Shown piece after piece: positions 1 to 17,885 of a stretch of 64,000 nucleotides of DNA. Each line of letters begins with the position of its first letter. Position 1 is the stretch's first letter. Below the pieces are notes generated by a model. It worked only from the letters and a program-made list of their open reading frames with translations, searched no databases and was not told the DNA's origin. Source of the stretch: Piromyces finnis finn (Eukaryota; Fungi; Neocallimastigomycota); contig MCFH01000033.1 of NCBI GenBank assembly GCA_002104945.1, positions 124,001 to 188,000 on the forward strand. Reading direction: 5' to 3'. The translations under genes and the position numbers were made by a program.

Positions 1-3000
1 TCTAATAATACTACTCTCTCTTCCTTTAAATTACTCTTCTTTAAATTATCGTATCCTTGTTGGAATACTTTTCTTGCATTTCCAACGGAATCAATGTCTT
101 CATCGTCAATAGATGCTTCAAAGTTAGCATAACTAATCCAAACCTTTTTTTTTTTTTTGAATAATTATATAATAATAATAATAATAGTAATAATAATAAC
201 AATTAAGTTGTTAGAATAACTTTGATATAAAAAATTATATATAATAATACTTTTTTTTTTTTTTTTTTTTTAGATATAATAATAAAAAATAATATAAAAT
301 AAAATATAATGTGTATCTTTTATCTTTTATATATAATAAAATTCACTTTACCTTAACATGATCAGTTCTACTGAGGAGTCTTTTATATAATTCTCTTGCT
401 TTATCCCATTCTCTTTCATTAACTTCAAAATCAATATAGGCTTTCCATAATACTTCTGGCATATCAAGTACTGGCTGATTAACAGCAATTTCAAATATAC
501 CTTCAGCTAATTCATTATCACCCAACATAATTTCTAATTCACCATATTTAATCCAAGCATAACAATTTCCAGGATTCCATTCTAAATATTTTTGATAAAG
601 TTTACGAGCATTATCAAATTCTCTTAATTTTAATTCAATTTCAATATATCCTTTAAATAATTTTTCTTTTGGACAGAGACCAATAGCTCTTCCTAATAAT
701 TTTCTCATTTTTCCAACCTCGAATCGTCGTATTAAAAATTTGGCATATAATAACCATATTTTTGCAAATGTAAATGTTTTATGTGGTATAATTGATAAAC
801 ATTTTTCATAAATTTGTTCAGCTCTTTCAATGTCTTTTGTTTCTTGTTCTTCCCAAATAGCATAAAATATCCATAAATATATATATCTTTGCCATAATCT
901 TTTTTCATTAACCGGTGGTGTTTGACCAACAGCTCTTTCATAAACTTCACGAATTTTTTCTTTATCATTCGTGGTTTCTTCTAATTTTATATAATCTATC
1001 CAACTATCATAATTATTTGGATTATTTTCAACTTCCTAATAATACATACGATGTATATGAGAAATGAGAAATATTTATTTATTATCATATTATTATATAT
1101 ACAAATAAAAAAAAAAAAAGTTAATAAATATGTATGTGTATATAATTACTATAACAATAATGTCATCTATCTATTCTTATCGTACTGTTTAAAAAAAATT
1201 ACCTCTTCGTATTTTATTCTTCTTTTTTGAAGTATAACATCTTCTATACCATCCTTTTGACCAAATTGTTTTTCAAATTGAGTATATTCTTTATATAAAT
1301 TCTTTGTTTTATCTTTTGGAAGGTGATCCAAAGCATATTTATATATTACTCTTGCTCTATCATATTCTTTTAATCTAGTTTCAAACTTGGCGAATGATAT
1401 ATATAAATGTTGATCTATATCTTCTTCATCAAGCGTTGCTAAACATTGTTCATAAATTGCTCTAGCACGTTCTTTTACAATTTAAATTAAAAATATAATA
1501 CCATGTAGTTAAGATTATTTAACAAATTATATAACAATAAAGTTTAAATAGCAAAATAATGAAATAATAAAATATATAAAAAGTAAATATTTATATTATA
1601 ATTAATTAATTTTGTTTTAAAAGCTTTATTTCTATTTACCAATTTCATGATTTTGTTCTTCAAATTTAGAATATTTAATCCAATTTTTTGAATGTTGATT
1701 TAAACTAATAAATCTTTCGTAAATACTTCTAACTCTATCATTTTCATGATATCTGTTATTATAAAATTTATAATATTTTTTATTAAAATTATTATGTATT
1801 TTTACATATATATATATTTTTTAATGTTTACATAATATTTATGTCCATAATAAAAATAATAAATTATTAAAATAAAAATTACCTTTTTTCAAATTTTATG
1901 TAAGCTAACCAAGCGTCTTCTGTTGGTTCCCAATCCATCCATCTTTCAAATACTTGACGTGCTCCTGCAACATTTCCTAACATTTCTTCCATATAAGTAT
2001 ATTTATACCAAAACTGATCAATTCTTGGTAAAATAGCTACAGCTCTATCATATATATTTCTGGCATGATTAATATTTTTATGTCTAATTTCCATTTCAGC
2101 ATACTTGGTCCATAATGAAGTATTTCTGTGTTCTATATCTAATGCACGTTCATATACAGATCTTGCTCTTTAATGTTGAATTTCATCATTTATATATGAA
2201 AAACAATAAAATAATATCATATAGATTATAAAAGTTTTTTTTTTTTTTAGTAATTTTGTACTTATTGTAAAAGATCATTGTTCCATCTATCAATTTTCTT
2301 TTTTACTTTATATTATTAAAATTTTATCAAAGCTTGGATTGACTATTATTTTACATTATTACTTTAAAGTTTAAATATATAAATATTAAAACAATAAATA
2401 AAGAAATACCTTTCCATTTCATTTTGACTTTCTTCCCAACTAGCATATTGTAACCATTTGTTAATTGCACCTTTATTTCTTCTAATGACATCTTCAAATG
2501 TTTTTCTTTTCTTTAATCGATAATCATCTAATTCTTCTTTATCTGTAATTTTTTGTTTTGGAACTTTTGGAACTTGTTCTTGTCTTTCTTTTGCTTCAAG
2601 CAAAATTTGTTCAGCAGTAATTTGAATTGGTGCTGGATTTTTATTTTTAACCTTTTTTTTTTTTTATATTATTTTTAATATTATATATATAATATAATTA
2701 ATTAGTAAGGTAAAAATTATTAATACCATAATGTACATTTCATTATAACATGAATATTTAAATATATATATATTATGAATAATATAAATAAAATTTAATA
2801 AAATGATATTATTTAGATATTGTATAAATTAATTAAAATTTGATAATAGATTTCAACAAATAATTCTAATAAAAATAATAATTATTATTATTATTATTTT
2901 TTTTTTTATATTTTCACATTTTAATATTATTTATTCAAATATATATTTTATTTATTATAACTTCTAAATGGTTATAAATTTGAATCATACTTTAGAAGGT

Positions 3001-3017
3001 CTTGACTGTCTATCCAT
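1..3017 (-). CDS. CLF1: Crooked-neck/CLF1 (Syf3) HAT-repeat pre-mRNA splicing factor; multi-exon, 3' end lies beyond the window start
   Basis: ATG at 3017. Exon 1 MDRQSRPSK (3017-2991, donor gtatga) joins [28 protein letters not shown] repeats in ORFs 1879-2094 and 343-708 ([44 protein letters not shown]). The frame is still open at position 1. Confidence 0.97.
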
Positions 3018-3295
3018 TTTTAATTTTACTTGAAATTTGTAAAAAAATCAATATAGAAAAAAAATATTATTATTTATAAATTTACAAAAAGGTTAATAAT
3101 AATTTTTAGATTAAAATTTTTTTCTAACTGATTGGATAAATTCATTAATAAATCCTACATTAATGTTAATAATAAATTTTGTTATGAAATAAAATTATAT
3201 TAAATTAGATTGTTTAACTTTTGAAATTACAATTAAATTTCTAATTTTAAAAAATAATTTCAAAAATTAAATATTATTATTATAAATAAAGCATA
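3018..3295. promoter_or_regulatory. Compact divergent intergenic region between CLF1 and DONSON, with a CCAAT box (ATTGG at 3131-3135)
   Basis: Head-to-head start codons are 278 bp apart, with ctgATTGGa near the middle. Function is inferred. Confidence 0.5.
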
Positions 3296-7263
<3,968 letters not shown>

Positions 7264-7547
7264 GAAAAAAAAAAAAATTATAAGAAAATAAATAAATAAA
7301 TAAATAAATAAAAAAAGAAATATATTAAAAATTATAAACACATCTATTTAATAGTTAATAAATTTTATTTTATTTTATTTTATTTTATTTAATTTTGCTG
7401 TTATTATTATTAATTTTCTTTTATTTTATTTATTTTTTTTTTTTTTATTTTTTTATTTTTTTATGTGTAACTTATTTTTTATATGTAAACCAAAATATCT
7501 AATTTCTATTTTTATTTTTGCTTTAGTAATAGTTTGTATTAAGCAAC

Positions 7548-9472
7548 CTATTCACTCTTTTTACCCATTGAATCTTGAGTCTTTCTAATATGTTCAATAC
7601 GTTCTAAAAGTGGTGGGTGAGAATAATTCCAAGCACTGTATAATGGATCAACAATTAAATTGGATAAGTTTTCAGTGTGAATTTTAATTAAACCAGTAAG
7701 TAAATCATCACCACGCTTTAAGTTACGAGTAGCAAATTCATCAGCTTGTCTTTCAAGCTTTCTGGTAATGATGTTTGTGGTGAAATCAATTAATGAATCA
7801 ATTGGACTGAAAATGAAAGAGAATAAGATAAAACCGATTAAAATTGGTTGAACATTAAATCCAAATGATTGGTAAAGTGGAGTGTAATTAATAACGCATG
7901 AGAAAATGTAGAATAAAATAAAGGCTTGAACTTCACTAACGATAAGAAGTTTAATGTTGTGAGAGTGATACCAGTGACCAAGTTCATGACCTATAATGGT
8001 TGAAATTAAATTAATTATTTTAATTATAATGTTATTTTAGTAAGCAAATACTATTAATATAATAACAAATATATATTTTTATACTATATATATTTATATA
8101 TTTTACCTAATATACTGCAAATTTCTTCATTGTTAACTTGCTTAAGTAAAGTATCGTAAAGAACAATTCTCTTATTTTTACCCAATCTTTTGAAAATTAC
8201 ATAATTATAAAATCATAATAATTGCATATTAATTTTTGTATAAGAAGGTGTAATGCAATTACATTTAATATTTTTAATTTTTAATTAATAAATATTCTTA
8301 CCCAAATAAATAGGCATTACTATGACCAGATCTCTTACTGTTATCAACAACAAATAATTTCTTTAATGGATAGTTAACATCAGCAGCAATTTTTTCAATT
8401 TTTGTTTTTAATTCACCTTCTTCTAATGGAGTAAATTTATTGAATAATGGTTGAATAAAGTTTGGATAGATAATTAACATCAATAATTGAACAACAGCCC
8501 TTTAAATATAAAATAATATAATTATTTTTAATAAAAGGAGTTTTTTTTATCAAAATATAATTTCTCATTATATAATATCAAAAATAATGATAAATAATAG
8601 TAATAATAAAATATTTACATAAATATCCAAACATAGAAATAGAAATTATCACCAGTCCATTGAATGATTTTTAAGAATAAAGAAATGAGTGGTCCACCAA
8701 ATGCAATTAAAAGTAAATTAGTTTTAATTTCATCAATAATATATAATTTTAATGTGGTGTTGTTAAAACCATGTCTTGCTTCAATAACAAAAGTATGATA
8801 TAAATCTTGTGGAAGATTTATTATGTCATTTATTATTTTAAATAAACCAATAAAAACTAAACTTTGAAGTATCTTTAATAATGAAAATTTAAAAGATTTT
8901 TTAATAAAAGTATTAATTTTATTTGGAAAATTAAAAAATTTAAAGATTTTTAATTATATTAATAGTTACTTCATATTCTGAGTTATATCCAAACTTTAAT
9001 AAAACTGTTCCTGCTACATCCCATAAATAAGGGAGTAAATTGTACCTATTTTTTTTATATATGGAAAGTTCAATTTTAGTTGAAAAATTTCATTTTAATA
9101 TAATTTTCAATAAACAAATAAATACATACTTAATCATTAAGACGGTTTCAATAAGGTCTAAAGCATCAGTAATGAAAGAGAAAACATGATTATCTTTTTG
9201 ATAAGCTTTTGTTTTCTCTAATTTTTCTTCATCAACATATTTTTCTAATTGTTTTGGAATTTTTGAGTTACATACTTTCTTATATTGTCTTACTCTATTT
9301 ATATTAATTTTTAATTGAAAATATAATTTAATCATTTGTTCATTTTAATTTTGGAGTATAATAGAATAGAATAACATTATTATTTTTACTTTATATAAGT
9401 TTCCCAAGTATAAATAATAGCTATAAAAGCTATAACATCATTTTTCCATGATCCAGTTAATGGTAAAAACAT
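7548..9472 (-). CDS. STE24: CAAX prenyl protease 1 (M48 zinc metalloprotease); multi-exon
   Basis: Starts MFLPLTGSWKNDVIAFIAIIYTWETY. Contains IYPNFIQPLFNKFTPL, VDNSKRSGHSNAYLFG, the zinc motif GHELGHW, ERQADEF and C-terminal WNYSHPPLLERI...KSE*. Confidence 0.96.
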
Positions 9473-11539
9473 TTTTCTTTTTATCTAAAATAAAATTATT
9501 AAATTATCTTTTAATTAAAACTTATGCTATATAATATATCATAGTTTCCCTTTTATTAATTAATACCAATTGATACCTGTATTATTTTTTTCTTTATTTA
9601 TTTTTTTTTCTTTTTCTTTTTTTCTTTCTTTCTTTTTTTTTTTTATTTTACTATTATTATTACTATTATTATTAAAATTGTTAAAAATATTTAAGAGAAA
9701 AACCAAAATTTATTATTTTAATATTAAAAACTTTATAAATTAAAAAAAAAAACATTTAATTAAATCTATAAAATTGATTTAATAATAATATGTGACATGA
9801 CATACTATTATTAGGTGATTTTTATGAATATTATATTTATAATGTAAAGGAATGTAACGTAAATATAATGAAAATTCAAGAACATGTAATGTAAAAGTAA
9901 TAATATTATACAAATATTTGAATTAATAATTAAATATAAATATAAACAATCTAGAAGATATTTAATATTAAAGAGATTTCTTGGTTTAGTAAATTTTAGA
10001 TAATATAGGGCTAATATACGATGACAATATTAAACGTTTTCTTGTCAATTTTATGAAGATATTGGGGATTGAAAGATATATCTTTTTTGATTTTTTTGCT
10101 TTGTGAACAAAAATCTTATTAATATATTTATATGGTAAGGCTGAAATTTGAATATAAATTATTAAAGTTTAATATATTTACTTACATTTATTTTTTAAGG
10201 TTATTTAAGGGTTGGTAACTATATCAATTCTTGAATATTTATTAGATTATAGAGCTTCCGGCAGCTATTAAAAAAAATATAACTAATCTAACCCATTATT
10301 TAGTTAAAAATTTTCAAATATAACAATATTCATATTCATATAATAATTATATAAGTGGAATTAATAACTAAGAAAGGATTCTTATAAGAAAGCTTTCACC
10401 TTGATAAACCTAATATTAAATTGTTACAAAAAATATTAATTACCAAAATCATGGAAACTATTTTTTTTCAAACAATAAAAAAACAAAAATAGAATGTTAT
10501 TTTCAATAAAGTTGAAAATTCCTAATTCTTTTTTTATATTTATATGAACATGTAATATAAAAGTGTTATTAAATAGTTTCTATAATCCTCATTATTACTT
10601 AATTCACTATGGTACATGGAGTATTAATGATTTATTTAAAAATATAATTAAAAACAAAGCTTTTATTTTGTCGTTATTATTATATCATAAATAGTGCTTT
10701 ATATTGTATTATTTTATTATCAAAACAATTTTATTATCGTAATTACAAAAAAACACCATAGTTGATATTTAATTTTGCTTATTAAATGAATTATATTTTT
10801 ATTATATACATCGTATCAGATTAATTTTATATACTTTAAACTGCAATTATTAATTTTCATTACAATATTATTATAAAATATTGTAATCAATATTTTAGAG
10901 TTTTAATAACTTTAAGTATCTTTTAAATTAAAACATTATTTATAGTTCTATATTTTATATTGTATTCCAAGTATGAGATCATTAATAATAGATAGCAGAT
11001 CTTAATAAACATAGAGCACTGACACTAAGATAAATGTATAAATTTATCTTATTTTGTCTTATTGAAAATAAGGTGCGAAAAGTTATTCTAAAGTTATCAT
11101 CAAAAACCTTGTATACTTTTTCTACAAAAATTCTATAACAAATAATATATAATGTAAAGAATAAAGCGTAAAAACTAACAACATTTTTAAAGGTGTATAA
11201 ATAGTTTATTATCTATTATATAAAGTTGTTAGAAAAAAAGAATAAATTAAATTAGTATATTTTTATTAATATTAGAAATCATAATATTATTTATTAACCT
11301 GTGATTTATTATTAATAGTATTACTTGCAACCGAAAATAACCAAAATTTTTTACTTTTAGAGTAACTAGATATATAGTTAAATTATTGAAAATAAAAAAT
11401 TAGTAACTTTAATTGTTTTTATTACAAACTAATTCTATTATTTATTACTAGTATCCTTGAAGTTGGGAAGAAATATAAAATACACAATGGACAACTGTAT
11501 TTAAGAATTTTGTTTTCATTTGATGCTTAAGACCAACGA

Positions 11540-12045
11540 TTTTACTAGATTCTTCTTTCTTTATTATTAATTCACGAAGTTTATATTTAGAATCTAATTT
11601 ATACATTTTATAACTAAATATTCCATGTAAGAATTAGTATATATATTATATATAAATATAAATATTATTAATTTACCTTTCTATTATTTTATTTAATCCA
11701 TATAATAATATTGAAACTCCAATAAGATCTTCGTAACTTACACTAATATTTATTTTTATTTAAACAATATAAATTATTGATAATTTAGTTTTTTTTTTTA
11801 ATATATTTTTTTAAATTAAAAAACAATTATTAATAATATATTAGTATTTATACAAGCATTTTGAGAGAGCTAAAAGAAAGATAAAAAATTGTTGGTTTGA
11901 AATTTTTCCATATTTATATCTTAATCTTTCCCAGGCTTCATTAACCTTCTCATTATCTTCACCTTTATCTTTTAAAGATTGAACTTTACTTTCATATTCA
12001 GAATTATAATTATCATTTCTATAACATAATAAATCTGTTAGTAGA
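11540..12045 (-). mobile_element. Possible degenerate LTR-retrotransposon gag remnant (Copia/UBN2-like)
   Basis: Minus-strand fragment LLTDLLCYRNDNYNSEYESKVQSLKDKGEDNEKVNEAWERLRYKYGKISNQQFFIFLLAL resembles the gag 'AWExLxxKY' helix. Broken pieces follow (ISVSYEDLIGVSILL; KYKLRELIIKKEE). It has stops and frameshifts, and no RT, integrase or LTR was seen. Confidence 0.3.
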
Positions 12046-13061
12046 GATTTAAAAATTTAAAATAAAAATTTTTAAAATGTTTATAAGAAAAATACATTTT
12101 TCTTTGAATATAACTAAAATAAAGACAAAATATTCCAATTACAAGAGGAATAAAAAAATAGATATCTCCCATATTGAATTTATATTATTACTTTTTAGAA
12201 GGTAAAAAAAAAAAAAGGAATAGAATATATAAAATTATAAATATTTTGATTTTTATAAAATATATTTATTATTTTAATATTTATTATTTATTACTTATTA
12301 CTTACTTTTATATTTTTAATTTGTTTCTTTTTTCTTTTTATTATTTACTTTTATTGAATCTTTTTTTATTTATTTATTTATTATATATATTTTTTATTTT
12401 TAAATTTAAGGATTTATTTATACTTTTTTAATTTTCATTTTTTAGTAATACAAAATAATTTATTATCAAAAAATAAAACTTTTTTTCAAGCTGTTAAAAT
12501 TTTTCAAATTTTTTGTGTGGGTGGTACAGTGGGTGTGTATGTGAATTTTAAAATTATTTTTTATTATGTAATGTAAATTATAATATTTTTTGATTTATAC
12601 ATATATATAATATATAATTATGTATGAATATATTAAATAATATTTAAAATAACTTTATTATACAAAAATATAATAAAATAAAATTAAAAAAATTTTTATT
12701 ATTCATTATTATTATCAATTAATTTTTCTTTTTCTTTTTCTTTTTTATTCAAGGAAGAATAGAATAATTAATAATACATTAAAATTAGTTAATCAAAAGT
12801 ATATTTTAAATATTTATTAGTTTTGAAATAGAGGTATAACTATTTATTTTTAATATAAAATAAAAGGAACCATTTCATTTGAAAATTTAAGATTTTTATT
12901 ATTTCCATGAAATCTTTTTTTTTCTTTCTCTTTACTTTACTATTCTTTTCTTTTAAAAAATGAGAATGCTTCTAGAAATATCATAATATAAAATAGTAAA
13001 ATTAATAATAATATTAATAATAAAATATGTATTAAAAATAATTAATAGATAATTATTCAAG

Positions 13062-15860
13062 ATGGAACATCGTATGGGTAGATTTAAGAATAGAGGCGAC
13101 CTAAAGACAGATGAATTACGTCGCAGAAGAGAAGATGCTGCAGTTGAAATCAGAAAACAAAAACGTGAAGAAAATTTCGCAAAACGTAGAAATTTACAAT
13201 TTAGCGCAATTGATAGTGATGATGAATATGATGAAAAATTCAATGTTGAGGTATAATGAACATATAATATTTATTAATAATTATAAAAGAATAGTTTATA
13301 AAATGTAATAAATACTCTATTGAAAATACTTATTTTAAAATTTATCCATTTATTTATTTATTAAAAAAACAAACAAACAAACAATTTTTATAAATGAAAT
13401 ATTAATATTATGAAAATTATTATTAGGTTGTCAATCAAATTGAATCTATTAAAGGAGATCTTTATGGAGATGATGTTCAAAAAATGATTAATACAACAAC
13501 CATTATTAGAAAATTACTTTCTGAAGGTACTATTGCATTTCTTTTTTTATTAAATAAATGTAATCGCCATTATTTATTTATTATTAAATAATTAAAAATC
13601 GCAAAAACAGAAAGCAATCCTCCAATTGATGAAGTTATTAATTCAGGAGTTGTTCCAAGATTAATTGAATTTTTAATGTCAAGTAACACTCAACTTCAAG
13701 TAAGTTGTATAGATCATTTTTTTTTTCTTATTCATCTCCTTAACTTTTTTATGAAATGATATATATAATATAATAAATAAAGGAATATATAAATTAAATT
13801 ATCTCTTCACTTTTATGATTAATAACTATTATTTTAATTTTATATAAAATATAAAATAATTAAAATAAACATTTTTTATAATTATATTAACAAAAATAAA
13901 AAAAAAAGTTTGAAGCTGCTTGGGCTTTAACTAACATTGCCTCAGGAAATTCATCTCAAACTCAAGTCATTATTGATAATAATGCAATTCCAATTTTTGT
14001 TCAATTATTACAATCACCTTTTGCTGATGTTAAGGAACAAGTAATTGAATAACATTTAATTATTTTATTCACATTTATGTAAAATATAATATTAAATTAT
14101 GATAATATATATATATTAAAATAATTATAATTATACGAAATATTAGGCTGTATGGGCCTTAGGTAATATTGCTGGTGATAGTCCAGAAAATCGTGATAAA
14201 GTTTTAAGTCATAATGCTCTTCCATCAATCCTTATGATCCTTGAAGATCCATCAAATAAATTATCAATGCTTAGAAATGCTACCTGGACTCTTTCTAACT
14301 TCTGTAGAGGAAAAAAACCAAAACCAGATTGGAGTATAGTATGTTAATATATAGAAAATATTGCATTTTGATTCAATAATTATATATAGAATTACCAAGG
14401 ATCTAAATATTTATATTTTAATTTATTTCATATTATTACAAATATATAATAATATTTAATTATAAAAGATTTCACAATCTATTCCAATTTTAGTTAAATT
14501 ATTACACTCTGATGACAGTGAAATAATTGCAGATGCATGCTGGGCCATCTCTTACTTATCTGATGGATCTAATGACAAAATTCAAGCAATTGTTGATTCT
14601 GGAGTTATACCAAGACTTATTCAACTTTTAGGGTATGTCATATTTTATTATTTAAATGCTTTATATATATGAAAAAGTTTATGTAATTTTTTTTATAGAG
14701 TCAAATAGATTTATGTAAATTAACAATTAATAACAATATATTTCATTTATTATTAAATAATAAAACAATCATTAAAAGAAATGAATTCAATAATATTCAA
14801 ACACCATCACTCCGTTCAATTGGTAACATTGTCACAGGAAATGACGTTCAAACTCAAGTAATTTTAATAAATAAATATTTATTAAGTTTAAATAAGTAAA
14901 AAAAAAAAAAAAAAAGGCAGTACTAATTATAATACACATTGTTAATTATTTCATAAACAAAATCATGTCATCATTATAGGAAGTTTTAAATAATAATGTT
15001 CTTCCATCTTTATTAGGATTATTATATAGTCCTAAGGAATCAAACTGTAAAGAAGCTTGCTGGACTATTTCAAATATTACTGCAGGAAACACTGAACAAA
15101 TTCAAGTAAATTATCTATTATGTATTAGCTTTTTTTAACTTATTTAATGTTGAATTTATGCTATATTATAAAAAGTTAATATTAATTAACATATATAAAT
15201 TTATATATAATATAAAAGGCTGTTATCGATGCTAATATAATACCAAAATTAATCGATATATTACAAAATGCAGATTTCAAAGTTAAGAAAGAAGCTGCTT
15301 GGGCTATCTCAAACGCTACTCTTTCTGGTATAAAGGAACCAAACCAAATCAGGTATAATTACTGTGAAAAAATAAAATAAATACAAGTTAAAATATAAAA
15401 AAATAAAACTTTCTATTTTTATATTAAATCTTTTAAATTTATATATTAATATAATATAATAAAAAATAATAAAAAACAATATAGATATTTAGTTGAACAA
15501 GGATGTATTAAGCCATTATGTGATTTATTAACTTGTGGTGATAACAATATAATTAATATTTCTCTTGATGCTCTTGATAATATATTAAAGGTTGGTGAAT
15601 TAGATGCTAGAGATAATCCAGATAATCAAAACTTAATGGCTCTTCAAATTGAAGAATGTGGTGGTATTGAAAAAATTAATGATTTACAAGCTCACCAAAA
15701 TGATGAAATATATAAAAAGGCCTATAATATAATTGATCTTTACTTTAGTGAAGGTGATGAAGAAGTTTCCAACTTAATGCCATCTATTAACCAAACTGGT
15801 GAATATGATTTCCCAATGAGTACTGATCAATTTGCCCATCATCCAAACTTTCAATTTTAA
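13062..15860 (+). CDS. SRP1: Importin alpha (karyopherin alpha); multi-exon
   Basis: IBB domain ([28 protein letters not shown]) followed by ARM repeats [60 protein letters not shown] and [13 protein letters not shown]-terminus [31 protein letters not shown]. Confidence 0.98.
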
Positions 15861-16092
15861 TTTTAAATAAAAAAAAAAAATTCAAGGAAAAACATATATA
15901 TATATAATATATTGTTAAAATCTGGAATAATATTTTTAAAAAAATAAGTTAATAAAATAAATAAAAGAGAGAATATATATGTTTTTTCCTTCTCTTTACC
16001 ATATTTATTTTAAATTTCATTATTATATATTAAATGACATTAATTCATTTAACCGCCGATTTAGTTATTAAATTGTTAATGATGAATTAATT

Positions 16093-16126
<34 letters not shown>

Positions 16127-16689
16127 TATCACAATTTAATTAATAATAATTAATAAAAACAAATAAAATACATATAAATATAAATAAATATAATAAAAAT
16201 AAACCTCTTTTTTTTTAAAGTTTTTTTTTTTTTTTTATATTATGTTTTAAAGTTTAATTGATTGTATATATAATATCAAAAGCATAAAAAGGAAGACTAT
16301 CATCTTTTTTTTTTTTTTTTTTTTAAATATTTTTAGTAAAAATTTTAAATATTTGTGGAGACAAGACATAATTATAATGATTGTCAATTATAGAATTTTC
16401 TTTTCATCTTTTTATTAAGAAAAGAAAACACACACACAGGATGATTACTATGTAATATTTCAGTTGTTTTACCAACTAAACTATCGAGAGAATTTATAAA
16501 ATAATTGTGTTGAAGCGATATAAATCATACTTTGATTAGTAAAACTTAAAAAAAAGGATACTTTATAGTTTTATATCTTATAAACCATTCTATTATTATA
16601 ACAATATTATATTATAGTTAGAGAGCAATAGGTAGAATATTTTTTATCATCAAACTTGAAAATAATGATAATAAAAAAAAAGTGATTCT

Positions 16690-17250
16690 AAAAACATTTA
16701 AATTGTGAATATTACAAAATAAGTTTAAAATCTGGATTAATAAAAAATCTAAAAGATATTAAAAATACTAAAATGAAATTTATGATGAATCTAATCTGGA
16801 CTACAAATTAATAAAATATACATTAAAACGCCATTATTTTAGTAATAATAATAATAATGTATCTAGAAATAATGATGAATTATTAAAATGATTCATATAT
16901 TATTAATGAGGTAAACATTTATAAGAAAATAATGCCTTAATGATTTTTAGTAAAGCTAACAAACGAGAAAGTTAAAATATTACCTAATCAAGATAATAAA
17001 GGAAATATATCATTTTATTATGCTGCCGAAATTAAAGCTTATACTATTGTAAAACAATTAGTAGACAAGAGTGTAGATATTAACCTAAAAAATAAGAAGG
17101 TATATATATCCCTATTGGATTATTGGGTTATGTACTTGAAATTGCTAAGGGTGAATATGATATATATAATGTTTCAATTCATCAACTTAAATTTAGAAGA
17201 AACGAAATATTTAATAAGTTAATGAAAATTATAAAGTTCTAATTTATAAT
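16690..17250 (+). pseudogene. Degenerate, internally deleted tandem paralog of the downstream ankyrin gene
   Basis: About 16785-16850 aligns by eye to 18060-18125. About 16950-17170 aligns to about 19130-19360, e.g. tatactattgtaaaacaattagtagacaaga-tg-agatattaacctaaaaaataagaa is nearly identical. It carries frameshifts and stops, and about 1 kb of the middle is missing. Confidence 0.75.
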
Positions 17251-17885
17251 ATTCCAAATTAGAACTTTATAAGGCCTATGCCAAATACATAAACAGCATT
17301 CCTTAATTTAAGTGTAAAGGGCAGTTGACACGTGATTAAATTGAAGATATGAATAAGCAATTTTCAGAATTCTTTTTGTATAAATTTATTATAACAGAAT
17401 ATTTATAATATGTGTAATATATAAATAGAATATAATAATAAACGAATGAAATATAATATAAAATATTATTTAAATTCATATTAGGAATTTTATAATATTT
17501 TTTAAATGTTAATTAAGGATATTAAAAAAATAATGGAAATATTAAAATTTACTATTAATAATACACAGTTGTCATGTTTCATTTTTACTTAATATTATTA
17601 TTAAACAACATAGTGAGAACATTATATTTCGTGTTTCTGAAAAAAATTATATTATAGAAGATCTATTATAAATAAATTAAAATATTTAAAATTAAGAAAA
17701 GGGATGTAATTTTAATTAAAAAAAAAAAAAATAAATATAAGAAGAATTATTTAAAATTAAAAATTAAGACTATCTATATAATAAAATATAGCAGTAAAAC
17801 AATAATATAAATAATTATAATGAAATAAAACAAAACAAAACCAAGAATATACTATTAATATATATTTTAAAGAAATAAAGCAAAA

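Noticed and set aside
9840-9900. AATGTAA-rich patches here and at about 59400-59440, considered as solo-LTR ends
   Set aside because: No extended similarity, TG...CA boundaries or target-site duplication could be established by eye.
12174-12431. Hydrophobic F/Y/L/I-rich ORFs in intergenic DNA (also 26465-26665)
   Set aside because: They are by-products of T-rich low-complexity sequence, with a non-ATG start or no coding signal.
17329-17334. CACGTG E-box/Cbf1-like site upstream of the ankyrin gene
   Set aside because: A single hexamer with no supporting context.
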